Shown piece after piece: positions 25,261-32,000 of a DNA stretch of 32,000 nucleotides. Origin of the DNA: Cereibacter sphaeroides 2.4.1 (lineage in GTDB: Bacteria > Pseudomonadota > Alphaproteobacteria > Rhodobacterales > Rhodobacteraceae); assembly GCF_000012905.2 (NCBI RefSeq), contig NC_007493.2, positions 1,890,001 through 1,922,000 of the forward strand, in the 5' to 3' direction. The position numbers were made by a program, and so were the translations under genes. Under the pieces are notes generated by a model that was not told the DNA's origin, made no database searches, and saw only the letters and a program-made list of their open reading frames with translations. The number at the start of each line of letters is the position of its first letter. The first letter of the stretch is position 1.

Positions 25261-26945
25261 GCCAGCGCGCGGGCGGGCTTCTCCGGCAGGCGCCGCGGAT
25301 CACGCTCGCGCTGATGCTGGCGCCGGTGGCGGCAGGGCTTTCCGGCACGATTGCGCCCGCCTTCGGCCTTGAGGGCGGCCCCGATCTCGAGGCCTTCCGC
25401 GCGCTCGCCGCCTGGCCCGGGCTCGGCGCTTCGGTGCGGCTCTCGCTCGTGACGGGCTTCGTCGCGACAGCGCTCGCGCTTGCGCTGACGCTCCTCATTC
25501 TCGCGCTCCTCCCCGGCGGACGGCTGTTCGAGGCGCTCCTGCGCCTTCTCTCGCCGCTCCTCGCGGTGCCCCATGCCGCCGTGGCGCTGGGGCTCGCCTT
25601 TCTCATCGCGCCGTCGGGCTGGATCGCCCGCGCCCTTTCGCCCTGGGCCACCGGCTGGCAGGCGCCGCCGGATCTGCTCACGCTGAACGATCCGGCAGGG
25701 CTTGCGCTCATCGGGGGCCTTGTCGCCAAGGAGGTGCCCTTCCTCCTCCTCATGTCGCTCGCGGCCCTGCCCCAGACCGATGCCCAGCGACGGCTGATGC
25801 TGGCGGAGTCCCTGGGCTACGGGCGCGCCGCAGGCTGGGTCTTCGGCGTGCTGCCCGCGCTCTATGCCCAGATCCGGCTGCCCTGCTATGCGGTGCTGGC
25901 CTATTCCATGACGGCCGTCGAGATGGCGATGATCCTCGGCCCGACCCGGCCGCCGACGCTTTCCGTGCAGATCGCGCTCTGGATGGCCGATCCCGCGCTG
26001 GCCGAACGCGGACGCGGAGCGGCGGCGGCGCTTCTGCAACTCGCGCTGGTCCTCGGCGCGCTCGGCCTCTGGCGCTCTGGCGAGATCCTCGGCCGGAGGC
26101 TCCTGCTGCGCGCCGCCGCGGGGGGCCGGCGCGCGCCCGCGCTGGACCGGGTACTGCGCCCGCTCACCCTCGGCGGCACGGCGCTGGCGCTTGCCGCGGT
26201 GATGCTGGGGCTCGCGGGCCTCGGGCTCTGGTCGGTGGCGGGCCTCTGGACCTTCCCGGACGCGCTGCCGCAGAGCGTGAGCCTGCGCGTCTGGCAGGAG
26301 GCCGCGCCGAGCCTTGCGCGACATGCAGCTCTCACGCTCGGGATTGCCGCGGCCGTGGCCATGGCCGCGCTCGCCCTGACGCTCGCCTGCCTCGAGGCCG
26401 AGGCGCGCCATGGGCTCTCCCCCTCTCCCCGGGCCATGGCCGCGCTCTACCTGCCTCTCATTGCGCCGCAGGTGGCCTTCCTGCCGGGGCTTCAGGTGGC
26501 GGCCCTGAGCCTCGGGCTCGACGGCACGCCCATGGCTGTGGCGGCCGCGCATCTCGTCTTCGTTCTGCCCTATGTCTTTCTCTCGCTCTCGGCGCCCTGG
26601 CGGGCGTGGGATCCGCGGATCGGCACGGTGGGGGCGGCCCTTGGCGCCTCGCCGGGCCGCATCTTCTGGCGCCTGCGCCTGCCGATGCTGCTGCGCCCCG
26701 TGCTGACCGCCTTCGCCGTGGGCATGGCGGTGTCGGTGGGCCAGTATCTGCCCACCCTCCTCATCGGCGGCGGTCGCGTCTCCACCCTCACGACGGAGGC
26801 GGTCGCTTTGTCCTCGGGCGGCAACCGGCGGATTGTGGGCGCCTATGCCCTCCTGCAGATGATCCTGCCCGCGGCCGCCTTCGCCGGAGCCCTCGTCCTG
26901 CCCGCCCTCCTCTTCCGCCGACGCCGCGGCCTGAGGCTTGCATGA
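25257..26945 (+). CDS. ABC transporter permease, fused two-module type (YnjC-like)
   Basis: Track ORF 25230..26945. Very hydrophobic protein of about 560 aa. The start is uncertain: GTG 25257 overlaps the SBP stop as GTGA, TTG 25230 and ATG 25314 are alternatives. Confidence 0.75.
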   Translation: MSQRAGGLLRQAPRITLALMLAPVAAGLSGTIAPAFGLEGGPDLEAFRALAAWPGLGASVRLSLVTGFVATALALALTLLILALLPGGRLFEALLRLLSPLLAVPHAAVALGLAFLIAPSGWIARALSPWATGWQAPPDLLTLNDPAGLALIGGLVAKEVPFLLLMSLAALPQTDAQRRLMLAESLGYGRAAGWVFGVLPALYAQIRLPCYAVLAYSMTAVEMAMILGPTRPPTLSVQIALWMADPALAERGRGAAAALLQLALVLGALGLWRSGEILGRRLLLRAAAGGRRAPALDRVLRPLTLGGTALALAAVMLGLAGLGLWSVAGLWTFPDALPQSVSLRVWQEAAPSLARHAALTLGIAAAVAMAALALTLACLEAEARHGLSPSPRAMAALYLPLIAPQVAFLPGLQVAALSLGLDGTPMAVAAAHLVFVLPYVFLSLSAPWRAWDPRIGTVGAALGASPGRIFWRLRLPMLLRPVLTAFAVGMAVSVGQYLPTLLIGGGRVSTLTTEAVALSSGGNRRIVGAYALLQMILPAAAFAGALVLPALLFRRRRGLRLA

Positions 26946-27586
26946 AGGGCCTGACGCTCGACCGGCTGCGGGTGACGCGGGGCGATACGCCGCTCGTCGC
27001 GCTCGATCTCACCGTGGCCCCCGGCGAGGTGGTGACGATCATGGGTCCCTCCGGTTCGGGCAAATCGACGGCGCTTGCCGCCATCATCGGCAGGCTCGGG
27101 CAGGGCTTTCGGGCGAGTGGCCGCATCCTCCTCGACGGGCGCGACGTGACGGACCTTCCCACCCGCGCGCGACGGATCGGGATCCTGTTTCAGGACGATG
27201 TGCTCTTTCCCCACCTCTCGGTCGGCGGCAACCTCGGCTTCGGCCTGCCCTCCTCCGTCCGCGGGCCCGCGCGCCGCGCCCGGATCGAGGAGGCGCTGGC
27301 CCAAGCCGATCTGGCAGGCTTTGCCGACCGCGATCCGGCCACCCTATCGGGCGGCCAGCGGGCGCGCGTGGCACTCATGCGCACGCTTCTGGCCGAGCCC
27401 GCGGCGCTCCTGCTCGACGAGCCCTTCGGGCGGCTCGACGTGGACCTCCGTGCGCAGATCCGCAGCTTCGTTCTGGACCGCGCCCGGCGCGAGGGCCTGC
27501 CAGTGATCCTCGTCTCGCACGACCCGGAGGATGCCGCGGCCGCAGGCGGGCGGATCGTAGCGCCCCGGCCCTCGGCGGGCACCTGA
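26942..27586 (+). CDS. ABC transporter ATP-binding protein (YnjD-like, 214 aa)
   Basis: C-terminal part of track ORF 26606..27586, from ATG 26942 (MKGLTLDRL...), which overlaps the permease stop as ATGA. Walker A GPSGSGKST, signature LSGGQRARV, Walker B LLLDEPF. Confidence 0.85.
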   Translation: MKGLTLDRLRVTRGDTPLVALDLTVAPGEVVTIMGPSGSGKSTALAAIIGRLGQGFRASGRILLDGRDVTDLPTRARRIGILFQDDVLFPHLSVGGNLGFGLPSSVRGPARRARIEEALAQADLAGFADRDPATLSGGQRARVALMRTLLAEPAALLLDEPFGRLDVDLRAQIRSFVLDRARREGLPVILVSHDPEDAAAAGGRIVAPRPSAGT

Positions 27587-27718
27587 GGGGCGGACGCACA
27601 TCCCTTGTCAACATTTCGCAGGGAACCTGAGGCCGCCCGACAGCTTCAACCTGGGCGTGCAGGGCCTCCGGCAGCACGCCCGCCCCGTCATCGCCGCGCA
27701 CCCCACTGGAGGAGACCC

Positions 27719-28189
27719 ATGCGCCCGATCCTTCTCAGCCTTCTTCTGGTTGCGGCAGCTCCCCTGCCCGCCGCCGCCCTCTGCCCCGCCCCGCAGGGCG
27801 CCGACGCCCTGCGCAGCGAGGTGATCCGCCTGGTCAGCGCCGAGCGACGCCAGGCCGGCCTGCCGCCCCTCGCCTTCGCCCCGAAGCTTCAGCGCGCGGC
27901 GCAGGTCCAGGCCTGCGACAATGCCCGCCGCTCGGTCCTCGGCCACACACTCGGCAACGGCGCGGGCCTCACCGAGCGCCTGCGCGCCGAGGGCTACCGC
28001 TTCGGCACCGCGGCCGAGAACGTGGCCCGCGGCCCGGCCACCGCGGAGCGGGTGGTCGATCTCTGGATGAATTCCTCGGGCCACCGCAAGAACATCCTGA
28101 TGCGGGGCGTGCGCGAGGCCGGCGTGGGCATCGCCCCCGGCAAGGACGGACGGGCGCAATGGTCGCTGGTTCTGGGCGCGCGCCGGTAA
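27719..28189 (+). CDS. CAP/SCP/PR-1 domain secreted protein
   Basis: ORF 27605..28189 trimmed to ATG 27719 (MRPILLSLLLVAAAPLPAAA signal peptide) behind GGAGGAGA. WMNSSGHRKNIL motif typical of bacterial CAP domains. Confidence 0.8.
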   Translation: MRPILLSLLLVAAAPLPAAALCPAPQGADALRSEVIRLVSAERRQAGLPPLAFAPKLQRAAQVQACDNARRSVLGHTLGNGAGLTERLRAEGYRFGTAAENVARGPATAERVVDLWMNSSGHRKNILMRGVREAGVGIAPGKDGRAQWSLVLGARR

Positions 28190-28265
28190 ACCCGCGCAGG
28201 GAGGAACCGCAGCCCCGGAGCGCGCGCCGAAGGTAGCTCCGGTCGCGAGAGGACCTGCCGCCGGA

Positions 28266-29585
28266 TCAGCGGGCGAGCGTCAGTTCCGCGCGAAGTCCGC
28301 CCAGCGTCTCGCTTTCGCCCAGCCGGAGCGCGCCGCCGTGATTGCGGGCGATATCCATGGCGATCGTGAGACCCAGCCCCACGCCCCCGCCGCGGTTCGG
28401 GTTGCGGGCCTTGTCGAGCCGGGTGAAGGGCCGCAGCGCCTCCTCGCGCCGCTCACGCGGAATGCCCGGCCCGTCATCCTCGACCGCAATGCGCAGCGCC
28501 CGCTCTCCGAGCGTCACCGAGACCTCCGCCTTCGTCCCGTAGCGCACCGCGTTTCCGATAAGGTTCTCCAGCGCCCGGCCCACGGCGGCCTCCCGAAGCA
28601 CCATGGTGCCCGTCCCTTCGGCCCGCACCAGCGTCACATCCTGTCCCGCGCGCTGCGCATTCTCCACGACACGGCCGACCAGCGCGAGCGGGTCCACCTC
28701 CTCCGCCTCGTCGAGCGCGTCGCCCCGGACGAAGGACAGGAACTCGTCCACCAGCCGCTCCATGTCCGCCACGTCGCCCAGAAGCTCCTGGCCCTCCTCG
28801 GGATCCGACAGCATCGACAGGCCGAGCCGCAGCCGGGTGAGGGGCGTGCGCAGATCGTGGCTCACCCCCGACAGCATCAGCGTGCGCTGCTCGATCTGCC
28901 GCTCGATCCGGGAACGCATCTCGAGGAAGGCCTGCCCCGCAGCCCGGACCTCGACGGCGCCGCGCGGACGGTATGCGATGTGCTGGCCCTTGCCGAAGGC
29001 CTCCGCCGCATCCGCCAGCCGCTTGATCGGCCGGAGCTGGTTCGAGAGGAAGAGATAGGCGATGATCGTCATCAGGATCGAGGTCACGATCATCAGCACC
29101 AAAAGCTGGTGCGGGTTCGAGGCCGAGACGCGCCTCCGCTCGACCGCGACCTCCATCGGCCCCTTGTCGGTCGCGATGAGGAGGCGAACCTCGTTGTCGT
29201 TGGTCACGAGATCGACCGCCGACAGCGGAGCCAGCCCCTCGTGCAGCGTGAGCACGAGCTGACGCCCGGACAGGTCCCAGAAGTCTCGCCGGTCCTCTGG
29301 CGTGCTCCAGTCGGCGGGCAGCGCCACGCGAAACTCGAGCGCCTCCGCCACCCGGGCGGCCCGCGCCTCTGCCTCGGGCAGGGAGCCCGCCTCGTTCACC
29401 TCATCGATCAGGTGCCGGAGCTCGATCATCAGCCCCCGCGCCATCTGCCGCGTCACGCCCTCGTAATGGCGCTGGATGAAGGATATGGAAATCACGAGCT
29501 GGATCGTGACGATGGGCACGATCAGGATGAGGGCGGCGCGGCCATAGAGACTGCGCGGGACGAAGGATTTGAGCGGCGCGAACAT
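28266..29585 (-). CDS. sensor histidine kinase (EnvZ-like architecture: two TM segments, HAMP, HisKA, HATPase_c)
   Basis: Track ORF of 439 aa. H-box SGVSHDLRTPLTRL, N-box LIGNAVRYG, G-boxes DDGPGIP and GGGVGLGL. No response regulator gene is adjacent. Confidence 0.85.
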   Translation of the reverse strand: MFAPLKSFVPRSLYGRAALILIVPIVTIQLVISISFIQRHYEGVTRQMARGLMIELRHLIDEVNEAGSLPEAEARAARVAEALEFRVALPADWSTPEDRRDFWDLSGRQLVLTLHEGLAPLSAVDLVTNDNEVRLLIATDKGPMEVAVERRRVSASNPHQLLVLMIVTSILMTIIAYLFLSNQLRPIKRLADAAEAFGKGQHIAYRPRGAVEVRAAGQAFLEMRSRIERQIEQRTLMLSGVSHDLRTPLTRLRLGLSMLSDPEEGQELLGDVADMERLVDEFLSFVRGDALDEAEEVDPLALVGRVVENAQRAGQDVTLVRAEGTGTMVLREAAVGRALENLIGNAVRYGTKAEVSVTLGERALRIAVEDDGPGIPRERREEALRPFTRLDKARNPNRGGGVGLGLTIAMDIARNHGGALRLGESETLGGLRAELTLAR

Positions 29586-29625
29586 GGGCCGACCCTAGCC
29601 CTGCGCTCCGGACGAGGAAAGAGCC

Positions 29626-30537
29626 ATGGACAGACCCGAAGCCGGACGCTGCGAGAGGCTGGAGCCCGGGCTCCGACGGGTGCTGGCGCCGAACCCCTCG
29701 CCCATGACCCTCTGGGGCACGAACAGCTACCTTGTGGGAGAGGGAGAGGTGGCGCTGATCGATCCCGGCCCCGACCTGCCTGCGCATCGCGAGGCGCTGC
29801 TCGCGGCGCTGGCACCGGGCGAGCGTATCTCGACGATTCTCGTGACCCATGCGCACCGGGATCACTCGCCGCTGGCCGCGCCGCTGGCAGCAGCCACTGG
29901 CGCCGAAGTGCTGGCCTTCGGCTCGGCCGAGGCCGGACGCAGTCCGCTGATGGCGGAGCTGGCGGCGGGGGGGCTGGAGGGCGGCGAAGGAGTGGATACC
30001 GCCTTCCGCCCCGACCGCTGCCTCGCCCACGGCGAGCGCGTCCAGGGCCCCGGCTGGGTGCTCGAGGCGATCCATACTCCGGGCCATCTCGGCAGCCATC
30101 TCTGCTTCGCCTGGGGCGACCGCTGCTTTTCGGGCGACCACGCGATGGGCTGGGCCACCTCGCTCGTCTCTCCTCCGGACGGGGACATGGGCGCCTATGT
30201 CGCCTCCCTCGCCCAGCTCTCTGCCCGGAGCTGGCGCTTGCTCTATCCGGGCCACGGCGCGCCGGTGACCGACCCCGGATCGCGGCTGGCCTGGCTCGCG
30301 GCCCACCGCCGCGAGCGCGAGAGCTCGATCCTCGCGGAACTCGCCCGGGGCCCCGCAACCGTGCGCGACCTGACGCCTCGCATCTACCGCGAGACGCCCC
30401 CCGAGCTTCTGCCTGCGGCGGCGCGGAACCTCCTGGCCCACCTCCTCGACCTCTGGAACCGGAGGCAGGTGTCGGCCGATCCGGGGCCGTCCCCTGACGC
30501 GATTTTCACCCTGTCGGAGCCTCGGGAAGAAAGTTGA
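29626..30537 (+). CDS. MBL-fold metallo-hydrolase
   Basis: Track ORF of 303 aa. THAHRDH metal motif, a later HTPGH, and GAGGAAAG SD. Divergent from the kinase gene with only 40 nt between the start codons. Confidence 0.85.
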   Translation: MDRPEAGRCERLEPGLRRVLAPNPSPMTLWGTNSYLVGEGEVALIDPGPDLPAHREALLAALAPGERISTILVTHAHRDHSPLAAPLAAATGAEVLAFGSAEAGRSPLMAELAAGGLEGGEGVDTAFRPDRCLAHGERVQGPGWVLEAIHTPGHLGSHLCFAWGDRCFSGDHAMGWATSLVSPPDGDMGAYVASLAQLSARSWRLLYPGHGAPVTDPGSRLAWLAAHRRERESSILAELARGPATVRDLTPRIYRETPPELLPAAARNLLAHLLDLWNRRQVSADPGPSPDAIFTLSEPREES

Positions 30538-30557
30538 AAAACCTTCCACATTCCCTC

Positions 30558-30586
30558 TGGACGCCCCCGAATCCGGTTGCTATATC
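30558..30586 (+). promoter_or_regulatory. candidate sigma70-type promoter for tRNA-Asn (TGGACG-N17-TATATC)
   Basis: The -10-like TATATC ends 10 nt before the first tRNA nucleotide. The -35-like hexamer matches TTGACA at 4/6. Hand-found and not validated. Confidence 0.3.
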
Positions 30587-30596
30587 GCCCTCGTGT

Positions 30597-30671
30597 TCCG
30601 GCGTAGCTCAGCGGTAGAGCAGTTGACTGTTAATCAATTGGTCGTAGGTTCGATCCCTACCGCCGGAGCCA
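30597..30671 (+). tRNA. tRNA-Asn (anticodon GTT), CCA encoded
   Basis: Acceptor stem TCCGGCG / CGCCGGA, D-arm GCTCAGCGGTAGAGC, anticodon stem-loop GTTGA-CTGTTAA-TCAAT, T-arm GTAGGTTCGATCCCTAC, then discriminator G and CCA. Confidence 0.9.
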
Positions 30672-30700
30672 AAAATCCCTGAGGGATCAGCTACATGAGA

Positions 30701-30731
30701 GAAGCCCGCCACCGGCGGGCTTTCTTGTTTT
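30701..30731 (+). terminator. rho-independent terminator after tRNA-Asn
   Basis: GAAGCCCGCC-acc-GGCGGGCTTT stem-loop followed by CTTGTTTTGC. Confidence 0.65.
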
Positions 30732-30841
30732 GCTTCTGGGGAACACCGGGGGAACAGGGTAGGACTGGAACCCGCTGCCGTTGTTATCCATCTGACGGGC
30801 GCCTAAGCTGCTCTCGAATCATCAGCAAGGGATCGATCCTG

Positions 30842-31120
30842 ATGGACGAGTTGGCCACGTTCGACGAAGCGGACTGGGAAGATCTGACTGCCGCCGATAA
30901 GAAGGCGCTGAAGACGTTCTCGCGAGTCTCCATGTCCTACGAACCGCTTGCAAAGGCCCCTGGCGTCGGTCAATTGAGCATGGATGCCTTGGTTGCAAAG
31001 GGTCTGGCCGAGGAAGGGCAGCCGTGCCTGCATGGCAGAACCTTCAAGCTGTCCGATAAGGGATGGCTTGCGGTCGAGTGGATCAATGGCCGGAAGACGA
31101 GAGTCTACCCTCGAGCATAA
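30842..31120 (+). CDS. hypothetical protein, 92 aa (possible small winged-helix-like protein; speculative)
   Basis: C-terminal part of track ORF 30695..31120, from ATG 30842 (MDELATFDEADWEDLTAADKKALKTF...). Third-codon positions are GC-biased in this frame. The pattern ALVAKGLAEEG...FKLSDKGWLAVEW is reminiscent of wHTH recognition helix plus wing. No family assignment is possible by eye. Confidence 0.5.
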   Translation: MDELATFDEADWEDLTAADKKALKTFSRVSMSYEPLAKAPGVGQLSMDALVAKGLAEEGQPCLHGRTFKLSDKGWLAVEWINGRKTRVYPRA

Positions 31121-31132
31121 TCCCGGAACGGG

Positions 31133-31762
31133 TCAGCCCTTCCGCATCCGCGCCTTCATTGCACATGATTTGGAGCAGGCCGTTTGCGCGGCCCGCTTCG
31201 GTCGGAATACCTGCCCGCACCCGATGCAGGTCCGATCCGGCACCGTGCGCTGCATCTGCCCCTTGCACGCCCTTGAACACGTCACCTGTTCCACCTGATG
31301 AGGCCGGAATGTGATGCCGCAGACGAGGCACACCTTTGGCCACCGGATGCGCTTGTCGTCGTCCCGGCACTTGAGGCCGCAATACACCTGCCCCTCGTTT
31401 GTAGGGAAGAACCGCTTGCCGCAGACCTTGCAGTTTCGCTTGTTCCGCTTGGCGCGCATGTCGTCACCAGAGCGGACCTTGCAGGCTTCGGAACAGTAGA
31501 TCCGGCCATAGGCGCCCATCTGCCCGCCGCAGAACAGGCATTTCTGCGACTTCCGCGCCTCGGCCCGTGCCGCCTGTTTCTCGGCCGTGTAGAACCGTTG
31601 CCGACACTTGCTATCGCAGAACTCGCGCCGGATCGTCACGCCGGCCGGGAGGGGCTTTCCGCACCAGTTGCAGCTCAGTCCAGACGGATTGCCATGCGAA
31701 TGGCCGTCTCCGCATCCGCATGGCGCAGAGCCGAAAGCCGGCTGTGATGGCTGCGCTTGCAT
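31133..31762 (-). CDS. Cys-rich protein with five tandem CxxC-x(10-13)-C-x3-C zinc-ribbon modules (FCS/YacG/TRASH-like); start uncertain
   Basis: Frame of track ORF 31133..31960. Modules: CNWCGKPLPAGVTIRREFCDSKC, CLFCGGQMGAYGRIYCSEAC, CKVCGKRFFPTNEGQVYCGLKC, CLVCGITFRPHQVEQVTCSRAC, CIGCGQVFRPKRAAQTACSKSC. GC3 is strong below about 31675. The only ATG in this frame (31762) lies 88 nt inside the upstream ORF. Confidence 0.55.
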   Translation of the reverse strand: MQAQPSQPAFGSAPCGCGDGHSHGNPSGLSCNWCGKPLPAGVTIRREFCDSKCRQRFYTAEKQAARAEARKSQKCLFCGGQMGAYGRIYCSEACKVRSGDDMRAKRNKRNCKVCGKRFFPTNEGQVYCGLKCRDDDKRIRWPKVCLVCGITFRPHQVEQVTCSRACKGQMQRTVPDRTCIGCGQVFRPKRAAQTACSKSCAMKARMRKG

Positions 31763-32000
31763 ATGCTGGAACAGAACTTCTGATGCCCCTCGGGAAGCGG
31801 CTTGTGGCACCGCTGGCACCTGGTGTGCTCGATCAGGGCTCCGCTCTCGATAGTCCATTCCGGCTGCCCCTCGTTCCAGCTCGGCCGCTTGACACCCGCC
31901 TTGCGCAGGGCCTCGGCCACCATCGCCGCGGCCATCTCGTCGGCCGCATCCCATTTCCATCCTTGCAGGCAGAGCCCCGAGCGGATCGCGTGACGGAACG
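31675..32000 (-). CDS. hypothetical protein, 5'-partial (open to the window edge), ending with a sixth zinc-ribbon module CQRCHKPLPEGHQKFCSSIC
   Basis: Frame of track ORF 31675..31935. The same frame stays open to position 32000 (...FRHAIRSGLCLQGWKWDAADEMAAAMVAEALRKAG...). GC3 is high throughout this frame down to its TGA at 31677-31675. Confidence 0.5.
   Translation of the reverse strand, partial: FRHAIRSGLCLQGWKWDAADEMAAAMVAEALRKAGVKRPSWNEGQPEWTIESGALIEHTRCQRCHKPLPEGHQKFCSSICKRSHHSRLSALRHADAETAIRMAIRLD

Larger units (their letters stand above)
30672..32000. mobile_element. probable edge of a horizontally acquired region inserted next to tRNA-Asn (no integrase or repeat boundary visible within the window)
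   Basis: GC drops right after the tRNA. Hand counts on four sampled 60-nt lines give 52-62% GC here, versus 68-78% on two sampled lines from the upstream genes. The genes here have no recognisable housekeeping function. Confidence 0.35.

Noticed and set aside
28338-30497. 719-aa ORF on the + strand (and similar giants: 13603..15690 at 695 aa, 10918..12246, 9422..10921, 20912..22453, 25242..26552)
   Set aside because: These ORFs are antisense to, or out of frame with, genes that carry clear family motifs (histidine kinase, preA, hydrolase, hydA, clpX, permease). Their products are Arg/Ala/Gly/Pro-rich and low in complexity with no recognisable motifs. This is the usual stop-codon-poor antisense artefact of high-GC DNA.
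30672-30700. Small inverted repeat ATCCC-tga-GGGAT just after the tRNA as a possible att core
   Set aside because: The arms are only 5 bp and no second copy is visible in the window. It cannot be told apart from chance.
31121-31132. Mini-hairpin CCCG-gaa-CGGG between the convergent island ORFs as a bidirectional terminator
   Set aside because: A 4-bp stem with a 3-nt loop and no U-tracts is too weak to call.
1-32000. CRISPR arrays, rRNA genes, IS or transposase genes, integrases, toxin-antitoxin pairs or known defence-system genes
   Set aside because: None of the translated ORFs shows the corresponding motifs. No regularly spaced repeat array was seen on reading through the intergenic regions.

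Overview
High-GC, densely coding chromosomal window that looks alphaproteobacterial (Rhodobacterales-like, judged from protein sequences and the NDUFA12/MlaD/DUF2155 cluster; not verifiable here). Most of it is ordinary core metabolism. (1) 1-5557: a sugar-acid catabolic set (FAH-family hydrolase, SDR, 2-hydroxyacid dehydrogenase, IlvD/Edd dehydratase, FAD-linked oxidase). (2) 5602-17073: a reductive pyrimidine-degradation locus. It holds an NMT1-type ABC importer, dihydropyrimidinase, an M20-type carbamoyl-amino-acid hydrolase, two tandem RutR-like TetR regulators with three RutR-type operators, and preT/preA with a DedA membrane-protein gene between them. The importer ATPase is broken by a +1 frameshift in a G8 run inside its LSGG signature. 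(3) 17345-23165: housekeeping genes accB-accC, aat, DUF2155-MlaD-NDUFA12, clpX, clpP. (4) 23332-30537: a CDP-alcohol phosphatidyltransferase divergent from a YnjBCD-like ABC transporter, a CAP-domain protein, an unpaired EnvZ-like histidine kinase and an MBL-fold hydrolase. (5) 30597-32000: tRNA-Asn(GTT) with its terminator, followed by a sharp drop in GC. This last part carries a small hypothetical ORF and an unusual Cys-rich coding region made of six tandem CxxC...CxxxC (FCS/YacG-like) zinc-ribbon modules split over two reading frames. It is probably the edge of a horizontally acquired region and is the least explained part of the window. I see no CRISPR array, rRNA, transposase, integrase or recognisable defence system. 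The many long antisense ORFs in the track are typical high-GC artefacts.
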